In this document: positions 17,930 to 28,532 of the stretch, one piece after another | Position numbering within the stretch: position 1 is the stretch's first letter | How the letters are laid out: each line of letters opens with the position of its first letter | NCBI GenBank assembly: GCA_963713925.1 | Contig: OY970212.1 | Span: 672,001 to 736,000 of the forward strand | Origin: an uncultured bacterium | GTDB lineage: Bacteria; Babelota; Babeliae; Babelales; Vermiphilaceae | DNA: 64,000 bases | Direction: 5' to 3' | The notes under the pieces: model-generated | Databases searched by the model: none | What the model saw: only the letters and a program-made list of their open reading frames with translations | What the model was told of the DNA's origin: nothing | Made by a program: the position numbers and the translations under genes

Positions 17930-19237
17930 TTATACGTTTATAGCAGCTTTTAAATATGCTTCAACCTGATCAATTGCAATTCGTTCTTGTTTGAGTGAGT
18001 CTCGAGAGCGAACGGTGACTGAATTGTCATTTTCCGAATCGAAATCATACGTGAAGCAAAATGGTGTTCCGATTTCATCTTGTCTGCGATATCGTTTACC
18101 AATAGAGCCTGTTTCATCAAATTGGATAGAAATCCCGGTTTTTCTGATGGCTTGGTAGATTGTGTTCATCGGTTCCGTTTGTTTTTTAGTCAAAGGGAGG
18201 AATGCTGCTTTAATTGGTGCAATTTTTGGATTCAATTTGAGCATGATACGTGGTTCACCGTCGACCACATCTTCATGGTAGCTGTCAAACAAGAGTGTTA
18301 AAAACAAACGATCAACACCGACCGAACATTCAACGACATCCGGAAGGTAACTTGTTTTTGTTTCTTCATCAAAGACGGCCAAGTCTTTTCCTGAATGCTT
18401 GGTGTGCTGTGACAGGTCAAAGTTTCCTCGGTGTGCGATTCCTTCAAGCTCTTTCCAGCCAAATGGGTAGTGGTATTCAACGTCGAAACAATCAACTGAA
18501 TAGTGTGCGAGCTCATGCTTTTCGTGTGCGCGGAGACGGATTTTGTCTGCGGCGATGCCGATATCAACGAAATACTGTTTGCGAGCTTCGGACCATTTTT
18601 TGAAAAATTCGGGGGCGGTTTCTCGTTTGCAGAAGAACTCTATTTCCATTTGTTCAAATTCTCTCATGCGAAAGAGGAACTGTTTTGGAGTAATTTCATT
18701 GCGGAACGCTTTACCGATCTGCGCGATTCCAAATGGCACCTTGATGCGATTGGTCGAGAGCACGTTTTTAAAGTTAACAAAAATGGCTTGCGCTGTTTCA
18801 GGACGTAAATAGGCGATAGAGCTTTGATCGGAGGTTGCGCCAAGATTGGTTTGGAACATCATGTTAAACTGACGCACTTGCGTCCATGCTGTTTTGCCAC
18901 AATGAGGGCATGCTTTTGCAAGGTCAATATCATCGGCACGATAGCGGTGTTTGCAGTTTAAGCAGTCAACCATTGGGTCGCTAAAATGTTCAACGTGTCC
19001 TGAAGCTTGCCAGACTTGTTGCGCGCCAAGCAAGGCACCATCAAGAAAAAGGATGTCTTCATAGGTGTTCATAATTGAACGTTTCCACGTTTCTTTGATA
19101 TTTTGGCGCATAAGATACCCAAGATGTCCAAAATCGTAAACTCCATTGAGTCCGCCGTAAATTTCAGCTGATTGATAGGCAAATCCGCGACGCTTGGCCA
19201 ATGCGACGATTTTTTCAAGAGTAACAGGGGTATTCAT
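17930..19237 (-). CDS. glyQS: Glycine--tRNA ligase, homodimeric type
   Basis: KRRGF..SAEIYGG, YLRPETAQ, FRNEITP, REFEQME, SIGKRYRRQDEIGTPF. Confidence 0.97.
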   Translation of the reverse strand: MNTPVTLEKIVALAKRRGFAYQSAEIYGGLNGVYDFGHLGYLMRQNIKETWKRSIMNTYEDILFLDGALLGAQQVWQASGHVEHFSDPMVDCLNCKHRYRADDIDLAKACPHCGKTAWTQVRQFNMMFQTNLGATSDQSSIAYLRPETAQAIFVNFKNVLSTNRIKVPFGIAQIGKAFRNEITPKQFLFRMREFEQMEIEFFCKRETAPEFFKKWSEARKQYFVDIGIAADKIRLRAHEKHELAHYSVDCFDVEYHYPFGWKELEGIAHRGNFDLSQHTKHSGKDLAVFDEETKTSYLPDVVECSVGVDRLFLTLLFDSYHEDVVDGEPRIMLKLNPKIAPIKAAFLPLTKKQTEPMNTIYQAIRKTGISIQFDETGSIGKRYRRQDEIGTPFCFTYDFDSENDNSVTVRSRDSLKQERIAIDQVEAYLKAAINV

Positions 19238-19316
19238 GAGTTTTATATGCTCCAAAATGATCATAATGTAATGCTATTTAGAGTACTGGTGAATCAAATT
19301 TTTGGCAAACGAAGAC

Positions 19317-19350
19317 AAAAAGAGGCCGCATGTTTATGAGGCCTCTTTTT
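19317..19350 (-). terminator. Intrinsic terminator
   Basis: aaaaagaggc/gcctcttttt. Confidence 0.6.
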
Positions 19351-19366
19351 GGATGATTTGTTATTT

Positions 19367-20488
19367 TTAAAGAATAGGATCTTCTTTCGCATTTACTAGT
19401 ACATCTTTTGCATACGGATTTGTTGGCGCCGCGGCGGATGCTGGGGAGGTTGGGACACGAGCAGTTGAGTTTTGCTTGTTTCTTCTGAATTGGGTTTGTC
19501 GCTCTCGGGCGTTATTTTTTATTTTATCTAAGGCCGGAGTAAGCGCTTTTTTGGAAAATGCAGTCGTTTGTTCTATGTTGATTCTGAGTTTGGCAAGTTC
19601 TGGGTGAACCTGTTCATCTGCCATCTGCGTTTCATACCGAGCGGCTATCTCAGTCTCACCGTTTCCGATGAGAGTTGTAGTCATGAGATTAATATTTCTC
19701 TGGGCATATTCTGAATCTCGCTCTGTAATAGCTTTTTTACCTTTGCTCGTGCGGATGAATTTTCCGGGCGTATTTGTAACACCGAACACTGGAATAAGAA
19801 ATTCTTCATATTTCAATTTAAGATATTTGATCCTGTCTGGGAGATATTGCCTTACCGTTTTGCCCACGGCTGCACCTTGCTCGCCGGCGTATTTCAAATT
19901 CAGCACGCTTTCAATGGGAAAGTCTTTTTTTGCAGATTCAGGATTGAATTTGAATTTATTAAGTGTCATGCGGTTAACAAACTTGTTCCATGCTTTGGCA
20001 GTTTCTTCCGCTCTTAGGTTGCCTTCTTGTTCTGTTCGATACTTCCAGAAATTTTGTTCTTTTTCTTTTTGCTTGTCAGATTTGTTTGTTTCAAGCTTTT
20101 CGTTTGCTTGATCTGGATCTTCAATGTTCCAAACATTCTTCCATGCTGTGGCAGTTTCTTCCGCTCGGCGGTTCCCATTTTCACGGTTTGGGTATTTCCA
20201 GAAGCCTTTGCTTTCTTCTCTGTCGGCTTGTTTAGGAGGTCTATTACCATGGTTGAGCACTTCTACTTGTGAAAGGTTTAATGCGTCATCAGCCGGATTG
20301 ATGAAAAGGCTTCTGAGAGTCTCTTCTTCTGTTTGATAATCTTGCACGTGCCTTGACGCCAAAGGTTGTTTAGCGTTGCGAAATAATGCTACAAAATGCA
20401 TTGCTTTTGCTTTTACCCATTCCATTGAATATGCATTCTGAGTCATAAGGCCGACCAGCAAAACAATGATTATGCTCTTTTTATTCAT
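19367..20488 (-). CDS. Hypothetical secreted protein with an internal duplicated motif
   Basis: Signal peptide; FWKY....GN.RAEETA.AW occurs twice. Confidence 0.7.
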   Translation of the reverse strand: MNKKSIIIVLLVGLMTQNAYSMEWVKAKAMHFVALFRNAKQPLASRHVQDYQTEEETLRSLFINPADDALNLSQVEVLNHGNRPPKQADREESKGFWKYPNRENGNRRAEETATAWKNVWNIEDPDQANEKLETNKSDKQKEKEQNFWKYRTEQEGNLRAEETAKAWNKFVNRMTLNKFKFNPESAKKDFPIESVLNLKYAGEQGAAVGKTVRQYLPDRIKYLKLKYEEFLIPVFGVTNTPGKFIRTSKGKKAITERDSEYAQRNINLMTTTLIGNGETEIAARYETQMADEQVHPELAKLRINIEQTTAFSKKALTPALDKIKNNARERQTQFRRNKQNSTARVPTSPASAAAPTNPYAKDVLVNAKEDPIL

Positions 20489-20512
20489 AAAAACCTCTCT
20501 TACGTGGTTTAT

Positions 20513-21388
20513 TTACATCTGTTTTTTCAATGCTTCATACCGTTCTTTCATTCTATCAATTTTTCTACCGAGGGTCTTAAGATTCGGATTGACAGACTCA
20601 AGCATTTCTCTCGTTCGATATTTCTGATAGGTGAAATCTTGTGGATCATTCTTTTTTTTCAGTTCTTCTCCCGTTTCAGAGTCAACAAAAGAGAAGCTTG
20701 AGCTCACATTAAATGCAATATCGTTTTCAATTTTTGTCTCAGGTTTGCCGGGCACTAGATATGCACCCTTCAATGATGTGCCGTGCGCTTTTTTGTAATA
20801 CTTTTGTTCTGCCGCATTTATTCTTTGCGCGAGCCTAGGAGTTACATTTTTTAGCGTTGCACGCATCACACCCGAGATGTCGTCTTTTGGTTCAATGGGC
20901 AGCTGTTCGGGGAAGAGCGGTTTTGGCTCGATTATAGTAGTTGGTAATTGTGCAAGATTAATCCTAGTCACTGGCTCTTTTGGTTTGATTGATTTTCTAT
21001 TTAATTGACGGTTTGACGTTGTCTCTGTAAAAATAAATTTTTTCTGCAAATGTGTGAACCGACGAAAATCCGCAGGGGCCATGCGGATAAAATATCCTAT
21101 GTTGCTCTGGCGGTTTTGCTTTTTGATTGTCGGCTCAGATATGGTCGAGGTTGGTTCCGGTTGGGGCTGCTTGGGTGCGTCTTGAATATCTATTCTATTG
21201 GCGTTTTGGCTGTCTGCCCTTAAAAATAGGTTTTTAATCTTTGCAACAAGCATGCTCACATGCTGCTTGGTCAATTGCACATAGGCATCCAAAGACGGCG
21301 GTTCCTGAGCAACATACCCATCATGGGCATACCCGCAGGCAATTGTTGCATTGAGCAATAGAAGGAGGAAAAAATACGTATTCTTCAT
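20513..21388 (-). CDS. Hypothetical secreted protein
   Basis: Signal peptide; 291 aa. Confidence 0.65.
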   Translation of the reverse strand: MKNTYFFLLLLLNATIACGYAHDGYVAQEPPSLDAYVQLTKQHVSMLVAKIKNLFLRADSQNANRIDIQDAPKQPQPEPTSTISEPTIKKQNRQSNIGYFIRMAPADFRRFTHLQKKFIFTETTSNRQLNRKSIKPKEPVTRINLAQLPTTIIEPKPLFPEQLPIEPKDDISGVMRATLKNVTPRLAQRINAAEQKYYKKAHGTSLKGAYLVPGKPETKIENDIAFNVSSSFSFVDSETGEELKKKNDPQDFTYQKYRTREMLESVNPNLKTLGRKIDRMKERYEALKKQM

Positions 21389-21546
21389 GCTTTTTAGATT
21401 GCCTTAAAATATCCTATTTGTCAAGTTGATTTCGGGAGGTATTTCTGTATTCTCATTTGCCTGACTTTGCAGTAGGATTGAGTTTCGTAAACATATTTCT
21501 TTAGACCCATAGTGCCAATTTCAGGCCTATAAAAAAGGGCATTGTT

Positions 21547-23223
21547 ATGATGTATGAACAACGATCTCGCTTCTCATTTGCAACTCTCCTGACGCTCGTG
21601 TGTATGGCCGGCGGGGGATATTTCTACTATGGCTTGCGCCAAGATCAGCAACAAATGCGGGCAATGCTTGCTCAACGGGCTGCCTACGAGGCTGATCTAC
21701 AGAAACATATTGCCGTCCAGGAAGCTGAACCCGAGAGAGTGGTGGTCAAAGGCGACGCTTGGAGAAATATTCAAGATAATGTGAAAAACACCGTTGTGCA
21801 GGTCTTTGCGCAAATTTCTGAGATTGATATTTTACAGCCCTATAAAGCTCCGCATCAATATGGTGCGTGCGGAAGCGCGTTCTTTATCAATGAACAGGGA
21901 GATATGATCACTAATGCCCATGTGGTCAATCAAGCTCTTTCCATTTGGGTGCAAATTCCCTGCCTTGGCAAACGCATCCTTGATGTAGAGCTTGTGGGCG
22001 TGAGCGAGCGAGATATCGCGCTTTTGCGTCTCAAGCCTGAAGGGTTAGCGCTCGTGCGGAAAGAATTGGGTTCAATTCCTTGTCTATCCCTCGGCAATTC
22101 AGATTCCATTCGACGTGCTGACGAGGCTATGGCGCTCGGCTACCCTCTCGGTCAACAATCACTCAAGAGCACGACAGGTGTAATTAGTGGAAAAGAACAA
22201 GGAATGGTGCAAATGAGCGCCGCGATCAATCCAGGCAGCTCCGGTGGGCCATTGCTCAACACAAAAGGAGAAGTGATCGGTATTAACACCTCAGGCATTA
22301 TGGAAGCAAACAATGTGGGTTATGCATTGCCAATTAATGATTTGAAAGTGGTGTTATCTGATTTGTATACTAATAAATTGTTGCGTAAGCCATTTTTGGG
22401 AGTTTACTACAATAATGGAACCGAAGCATTGACTGAATATCTGGGTAATCCGCAGCCAGGCGGTTGTTATGTGGTCGATGTTGTTAAAAACAGTGCGTTA
22501 GCAAAAGCGGGCGTGCAACGAGCAGACATGATTTATGAGATTAACGGTCACAAGCTTGATATTTTCGGCGATATGAATGTGCCGTGGTCTGAAGATAAAA
22601 TGTCATTAATTGAATACACCGCGCGACTTGCAAAAGGACAAGACATACATTTAGTGATTTATCGCAACGGGCACAGAAAAGATATTCAGCTCACATTGAA
22701 TCAGTCTGAATTGCCTGCAATTCGCAAAATGTATCCCGGTTTTGAAGAAATTGATTATGAAATTTTCGCCGGCATGGTGGTTATGCCGCTTTCACTGAAT
22801 CATATTCAGGCATTGATGAATGTGGCGCCCGGTCTGACACGCTATGCCGAAACAAAATCGCAAGGCGAGCAAGCACTGGTCGTGACCCATATGTTCCCCG
22901 GCTCCCAAATTCAAAGAAGCCGAGCTATGTTGGTCGGATCCGTGTTGCATGAAGTCAACGGTGTCTCGGTGAGCACGCTTGATGAATTGCGCTCAGTACT
23001 AAAAAAGACAGCAGATAATCCATTCCTCACGCTCAAGGCGGTAGACAATGTTACTCGATCAACGGACAATCTCTTTGTTGTGTTGACCTCAGACAAGGTG
23101 CTCAGTGAAGAGCGCATGCTCGCGCGCGATTGCAGATTCCCGATAACGCCAGCAATGCAAGCCGCACTCGCGGATTATGATCAGAAAAAAGGCACGATCA
23201 AAAAATCGAGCATTACGGCGTAA
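21547..23223 (+). CDS. HtrA/DegP-like trypsin serine protease with PDZ domains
   Basis: TNAHVV, DIALL, INPGSSGGPL; N-terminal TM anchor. Confidence 0.9.
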   Translation: MMYEQRSRFSFATLLTLVCMAGGGYFYYGLRQDQQQMRAMLAQRAAYEADLQKHIAVQEAEPERVVVKGDAWRNIQDNVKNTVVQVFAQISEIDILQPYKAPHQYGACGSAFFINEQGDMITNAHVVNQALSIWVQIPCLGKRILDVELVGVSERDIALLRLKPEGLALVRKELGSIPCLSLGNSDSIRRADEAMALGYPLGQQSLKSTTGVISGKEQGMVQMSAAINPGSSGGPLLNTKGEVIGINTSGIMEANNVGYALPINDLKVVLSDLYTNKLLRKPFLGVYYNNGTEALTEYLGNPQPGGCYVVDVVKNSALAKAGVQRADMIYEINGHKLDIFGDMNVPWSEDKMSLIEYTARLAKGQDIHLVIYRNGHRKDIQLTLNQSELPAIRKMYPGFEEIDYEIFAGMVVMPLSLNHIQALMNVAPGLTRYAETKSQGEQALVVTHMFPGSQIQRSRAMLVGSVLHEVNGVSVSTLDELRSVLKKTADNPFLTLKAVDNVTRSTDNLFVVLTSDKVLSEERMLARDCRFPITPAMQAALADYDQKKGTIKKSSITA

Positions 23224-23289
23224 ATTACAATGAAACCCCCTTGGCTTCAAGGGGGTTAGCTCTTTCGTTTCCGATCTCAGATTAAAAAA

Positions 23290-24957
23290 TTAACGAGGTG
23301 GCGTGATTGGATTGATAACTTTGTCAACATAGGTGCGAATTGTCGGTGCCATGTGCTGTGAGGTAATATATTTCTTGAGAGCTTCCTTTTGTTCTTGTGT
23401 TTTTCCGCCATAGAGGAGTGCGGACAAACCAAGATTGATTTCCAACGGAAGGAATATTTGTTTGTTTGAAATATCCCATATGTTTCCGAAATTATTTGCG
23501 AGCAAATTTCCATGAATGCATAAGCGTTGAGGCATATTTTGAGCGGCTGATCCCGCAAGAGTCATCAAAAAACGTGCGTCATCTATTTTGTTAATAGTAA
23601 TCGTATTATCTCCGGAGTTGATGGCAAATATATTATCGTCGCTCAGCGAAGTAACTATGTGGGAAGCATTATCCGTATCAATTTTGCGCAGTAACTGCTT
23701 ATTTTGGAAATCCCAAATGATGAATTGATTTTTGTTATCCGGAAATCTGTTTTTCCAGAGCAGATATTTTCCGCTTACTGAAAAACTAATTTCGGTAACG
23801 TGAGTTGTATCAGGAGTTTTGATGGGAGCGATTTTTTCAGGCGGCAATGGATCGAATTTAAAGAGTTCAATGTCACCACCCCGATCCTTAAAAATAGGGT
23901 GGGTTAATGCAAATAGACGACTATCCACAGATAAACACGCCGCCAAGGTTTGTTCTTCTGGATAAGTATCTGGAGAAAAGTAACCCATGTTTTGAACAGG
24001 ATTGTTCTGAACTAGATGAGCGCACCCATTATCATATTGAATGAAGAAATATTTATTTGAAGCGGTTGTGAATTCGATTTTTTTCGGGGGTAGTAGTTCT
24101 ATTCCGGCCGAATTAAATTTTTTGAAAATAGGAGATAGTGATACGCAGCTATTATGAGCGGAACATATTTGAGATCTATTTCTAAATGGATAATAAAGAT
24201 GCGCGGTTGGAAGATTGACTCGAGCAGGCTGAAGATTAAGATTATTTATAATAAAATAGCTTCCATTTGGGCAGACTGCGTCGGGAGCTTTTCCTTGCCA
24301 AGTATCTTGTTTGTCTATCAATCCTCGTGTACTCAGATCAAATTTGCGTATTTCATTTTTGGAGAAAAAGAGAAGAAATTCACCATCATCGGAAAAGGTC
24401 ACTTGAGTCGTCGCATTATCGCGCAAAGCAAGGGTCGATGGACTCAAATAACTGATGGGGAAAGATTCAGTCAACTCATGGGAAAGTGCGTCTTTGATGT
24501 CATGGGGAATCTCCAATGAATTCAAATACTCTTCGGGAATTTCAGAAAAAAATTCGGACGTTGAAATCAACTCTTTGATTCGACGCGCGAGCCTGTGAAG
24601 CAATTTGGGAATTCCTAAATAATTGGCACCTCGAAAGAGCAGGATGCCTTCATCAAGCGGGGTATCCAAAGAAGATGTGGCAGGAAGTTGCGCCAGCCGT
24701 AATAATTTTTTAAATCGTTTTTCTGTTATGTTCGATTTATCCGAAGGAAAATCGCTAAATTGGTATTTGTTTGATGTAACCGGATTGATATCAAAATGAA
24801 ATTTTAAAAATTGGATGTTTTCGAGCAAATCGCGATCATATGTGGCAAGTGATCCATCTCCGAATTGAATAGTATATGATGAAGGAGGAGTCTCCGGTTT
24901 GTCGGCGGCATATACACTATTGAGCGCAATGCAGATAATGAATGAAATATTTTTCAT
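23290..24957 (-). CDS. Secreted Skp1/BTB-like + beta-propeller protein
   Basis: Signal peptide (start 24957), LFRGANYLGIPKLL Skp1-like helix, degenerate WD blades. Confidence 0.65.
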   Translation of the reverse strand: MKNISFIICIALNSVYAADKPETPPSSYTIQFGDGSLATYDRDLLENIQFLKFHFDINPVTSNKYQFSDFPSDKSNITEKRFKKLLRLAQLPATSSLDTPLDEGILLFRGANYLGIPKLLHRLARRIKELISTSEFFSEIPEEYLNSLEIPHDIKDALSHELTESFPISYLSPSTLALRDNATTQVTFSDDGEFLLFFSKNEIRKFDLSTRGLIDKQDTWQGKAPDAVCPNGSYFIINNLNLQPARVNLPTAHLYYPFRNRSQICSAHNSCVSLSPIFKKFNSAGIELLPPKKIEFTTASNKYFFIQYDNGCAHLVQNNPVQNMGYFSPDTYPEEQTLAACLSVDSRLFALTHPIFKDRGGDIELFKFDPLPPEKIAPIKTPDTTHVTEISFSVSGKYLLWKNRFPDNKNQFIIWDFQNKQLLRKIDTDNASHIVTSLSDDNIFAINSGDNTITINKIDDARFLMTLAGSAAQNMPQRLCIHGNLLANNFGNIWDISNKQIFLPLEINLGLSALLYGGKTQEQKEALKKYITSQHMAPTIRTYVDKVINPITPPR

Positions 24958-25133
24958 TATGATACCTGTAGTTTTTAAAATGAGGAAAGTTGATTTTTGT
25001 AATATATAATAATTGAATTTATTCAAAAAAGTCTAGCGTTATCACATAAAAGCAATTTAAACTTTCACGTATCTATTCTATTGACAGCTTCCGGATTTTC
25101 AGAGGCTGTTTTGTTATTTCGGGAGAGTTTTTA

Positions 25134-26561
25134 ATGAAGCGAGCGCATAAAGGTTCTTATCAAGTCACTGCCGAAGATGCTGTGGTGCATCTGTATGTCT
25201 ATTGCGCAAAATTTAATTGGGCTGAGCCGTATAAAATTCGTGAACAGACGCAATCGATGGGAACCGGATTTTTTATTGATCAAGAAGGACATATCGTCAC
25301 CACGGCACATGTGGTCTTGGAAGCGTGGCGAATTGAAGTGCGGCTGCCTTCAATGGGACATGCGCCTTTGTATGCCGAGCTTGTTGGCATTTCGCCTGAG
25401 CGAGATTTGGCTCTTTTAAAACTCGTTGAGCAAGATCGTAAAAAAGTGATTGATTTGTGTGGGTTGATTCCAACGCTCCCGCTGGGTGATTCGGATCATG
25501 TTGAGCGCAGTGAACCGGTACTCGTGTTGGGCTATCCACTAGGACAATACAATTTAAAAGGCTCAACGGGAATTGTCAGCGGTCGTGAACCGATTTTGTG
25601 GCAAACAGTGTTGCAAATCACCGCTCCGGTCAATCCGGGAAATTCTGGTGCTCCGGTAATCAATCAAAAAGGAGAAGTGATTGGCATCACGCAGGCGGTC
25701 ACTCCCCAGGCAGCCAATATGGGATATGCAATTCCTTCAAATGATTTTCGTTTGATTGCTGCACAATTGAATGCAGATCACGCGCTCGTACGGCTACCCA
25801 ATCTGGGGCTTATGTATGCTGTCACCACGGATCAAGAGGCTCATTATTTGGGAAATCCCGTTCCCGGTGGATTATATGTGTGTGATGTTATTCCTGATTC
25901 GATCTCCGCTCGAGCTGGTGTGCAAGAGGGCGATATGATCTATGAGATGAGCGGATTTTCGATTGATAGTTACGGATCGGTTGCGGTGAGCTGGGCGAAG
26001 GAGCGGGTCACTATTTTAGATTTACTAGTTCGATTGGCGCATGTAAAGAAGAATAGTATCGTTGTCTATCGAAAAGGAAGTAAGCTTGTCATGCCATTTT
26101 CATTTGATGAAGAGGTTGCATTACCCATTCGGCAGGTGTATCCCGATTATGAATCGGTTGATTATGAGATCGTTGCCGGCATGGTGCTTATGGAATTGAC
26201 TGAGAATCATGTGGAGCTTCTTGCCGAACAAAATCCGGCATTGGCTTGTTATGAGCGAGCACAAGAACGCCATAAGCAGCGAGTGGTCATTAGTTACGTG
26301 ATTCCCGTTTCAATGGCTGACGATCGAGAAAGTTTTGCGCCTGGGCATGTTATTGCTTCTCTCAATGACAAAGCGATAAAGACGATTGCTGATGTAAGAA
26401 AAGCGCTTATGCTTAGCCTTGAAACCGGCGTTGTCACCTGCAAGACACAAGAGCATATCTTTGGTGCATTCCCATTACAACAGATGCTTGAGCAAGCTGA
26501 AAGGTTTCATAAAGAATTTTCATACCCAATCACGCCGGCAATCAGAAAGTTAATGAAGTAA
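25134..26561 (+). CDS. HtrA/DegP-like trypsin serine protease with PDZ domains
   Basis: TTAHVV, DLALL, VNPGNSGAP; paralog of 21547..23223 lacking the TM anchor. Confidence 0.88.
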   Translation: MKRAHKGSYQVTAEDAVVHLYVYCAKFNWAEPYKIREQTQSMGTGFFIDQEGHIVTTAHVVLEAWRIEVRLPSMGHAPLYAELVGISPERDLALLKLVEQDRKKVIDLCGLIPTLPLGDSDHVERSEPVLVLGYPLGQYNLKGSTGIVSGREPILWQTVLQITAPVNPGNSGAPVINQKGEVIGITQAVTPQAANMGYAIPSNDFRLIAAQLNADHALVRLPNLGLMYAVTTDQEAHYLGNPVPGGLYVCDVIPDSISARAGVQEGDMIYEMSGFSIDSYGSVAVSWAKERVTILDLLVRLAHVKKNSIVVYRKGSKLVMPFSFDEEVALPIRQVYPDYESVDYEIVAGMVLMELTENHVELLAEQNPALACYERAQERHKQRVVISYVIPVSMADDRESFAPGHVIASLNDKAIKTIADVRKALMLSLETGVVTCKTQEHIFGAFPLQQMLEQAERFHKEFSYPITPAIRKLMK

Positions 26562-26567
26562 GCGATG

Positions 26568-28250
26568 TTATCGTTTGAATATTTTTTGTAAAACTGATTT
26601 TTTAGACACTTGCTCAAGCTTTTGCATTAAGTAATGGTGTAAAAGAGCTTTATCTTTCTCATCACCTATTGTCGATAGAAGCGAGAGGATGAGTTCTCGG
26701 ATCTTCTTTTTATCAAATTGTGGTATCACATTTTGGTTAAATGCAGAGATGAGCATCGATACTCCAAATGGTAGTTGGCGTTTGGTGATTGATATATCCC
26801 AGATTTTCACAATTGGTGTCGAACACGAAACAAAAAAGGTCCCATCCGTAGAGAAAAGATCTGATCCATGCCGAGGAAAAGAATTGATATTTTCGAGAAT
26901 GTTTCCCGTTTGTATATTCCAAATATCAGTGTCTTCATGAAATTCGTGACATGCAAGCCACCGATTACCAGCAGAAAAATCTAATGATTGTATGTAAGAC
27001 TGAGGCGCATATTGCTTTCTGCGTATAGTTTGTAATTCATGTGCGGATATTGTGTTGTCTTTATAAATAAGTTCATAGACCATGATTGTTCTATTCATAA
27101 ATCCAATTGCAATACGGGTGTTATCATGGGAAAAATTTACTGTTGAAATTCCAGCAGTTATGCCGGTTTGTATGGTTCCAATCAACGGGAGTTCGAGCAA
27201 ATTCATATCTGACAAATTACGCAGTTCGATGGTTCCATCAGCGCACGCAATTGCAAGATAACCGTTCGAAGCGCAGTCGACTGCTTGGGCGTTGCTACCA
27301 ATATTCCCAAGCGTTTTGCGATAATTTGTTTTGATGATATCGAAGATTTTGAGCCCGGCGTCTTCGGCAGCCCAAACTAGATATTTATTATCGGTTGAGA
27401 AACGCATCATATGTTTAAAAAAATTTCTATCATAGTGTAGTGGACTGGTCAAAATTCTTGGGGGCTCGCCGGTTTGTATGTCCCAAAAATAGATTTTTTC
27501 GTTGCGATACGCAGCCGCAAGTTCCTTCCCATCGGGAGAAAAATTCATTGTGAATGCACCATGAGCGTCTTGTGCTGGGGTGAGAACTTTTATTATGTTT
27601 TTTGTTTGCAGATCAAAAATAGTGATATGTCCACTTGCATAGCCGAGCGCAAGATGATTATTGTTTGGGGAAAGAGCCATGCATCTGATGGTGGCATCTT
27701 GTTTGCCCCTAATCTGGTAGGGCTCTTGGCCTAACGCTACTTGTAGCAATGTATCTTGCACGGCGTTAGTATTAAAAAGTTTTTTTGCAAGTATAGGTGA
27801 AATACCAACATTAAATTGCGAAAGGAACGTCTGTGGATTTGACAAGAAATAGATGAGCGCTCCCGGACTTAGAATAAGATCAAATAATCGCTGCGTAAGG
27901 ATTTCTTCTATCTGTGGCAGGTTGAGAAACTTTGCGACTTCAAGCAGTTTAATGGTTTCATCATTATTTTTTGACGCCGCTTCTCGAATAATATTTTTGT
28001 CCTTTTTCTTTTTCATCCAATTATATAATATCTCAAACGTTTGCTGATCGAGTTGCTCCAAAGGTATCGGCTCATTTGACTCGCCGATGTCTTCTAGTAC
28101 ATGTTTTAGTGTTTCGGCCTTATTTAAAATCTCATTCTTATAGGTTCCTTTTTTGTTGCCAGCGAAGATCAGTGTTGTTGTCTTATCTGCAATGTCGGCA
28201 CTAAAGACAGCCGTCGTTATGCATATAAAAACAGGCAATAAATATTTCAT
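26568..28250 (-). CDS. Secreted Skp1-like + WD40 repeat protein, copy 1
   Basis: Start 28250; TLKHVLED..EPIPL..L...FEILYNW..LLEVAKFLNL; several FSPDG/WD blades. Confidence 0.8.
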   Translation of the reverse strand: MKYLLPVFICITTAVFSADIADKTTTLIFAGNKKGTYKNEILNKAETLKHVLEDIGESNEPIPLEQLDQQTFEILYNWMKKKKDKNIIREAASKNNDETIKLLEVAKFLNLPQIEEILTQRLFDLILSPGALIYFLSNPQTFLSQFNVGISPILAKKLFNTNAVQDTLLQVALGQEPYQIRGKQDATIRCMALSPNNNHLALGYASGHITIFDLQTKNIIKVLTPAQDAHGAFTMNFSPDGKELAAAYRNEKIYFWDIQTGEPPRILTSPLHYDRNFFKHMMRFSTDNKYLVWAAEDAGLKIFDIIKTNYRKTLGNIGSNAQAVDCASNGYLAIACADGTIELRNLSDMNLLELPLIGTIQTGITAGISTVNFSHDNTRIAIGFMNRTIMVYELIYKDNTISAHELQTIRRKQYAPQSYIQSLDFSAGNRWLACHEFHEDTDIWNIQTGNILENINSFPRHGSDLFSTDGTFFVSCSTPIVKIWDISITKRQLPFGVSMLISAFNQNVIPQFDKKKIRELILSLLSTIGDEKDKALLHHYLMQKLEQVSKKSVLQKIFKR

Positions 28251-28395
28251 GAGAGCTCTTCTTTTTTGGATTTTTGTTTTATTTGATACTACTATAAAAA
28301 AAGAGAGAGTCATTACGCTAGGTTTCATTGTGTTGTAATACCACGGAACTTGTATCATATCAACAGGTAACCAAAATCTCTCGCTTTAGCCGTTT

Positions 28396-28528
28396 TACCC
28401 ACGCTTTCGCAGGGGACTCAGATCTTTTGTGGTGTGCGAAGTTTCGGGCCCCATGCGAATTCGGGGCCCCGCACGTAAGTGTGGGGTATAAGCTTGGGCA
28501 AAAGTGAAATGAGTCGAACCATACGAAC
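28396..28528. repeat. Cluster of nested palindromic repeats (family A containing B containing B)
   Basis: gtggtgtgc [gggccccatgc [ggggccccgcac..gtgtggggta] gcttgggca] gtcgaaccatacgaac. Confidence 0.7.
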
Positions 28529-28532
28529 TTTT

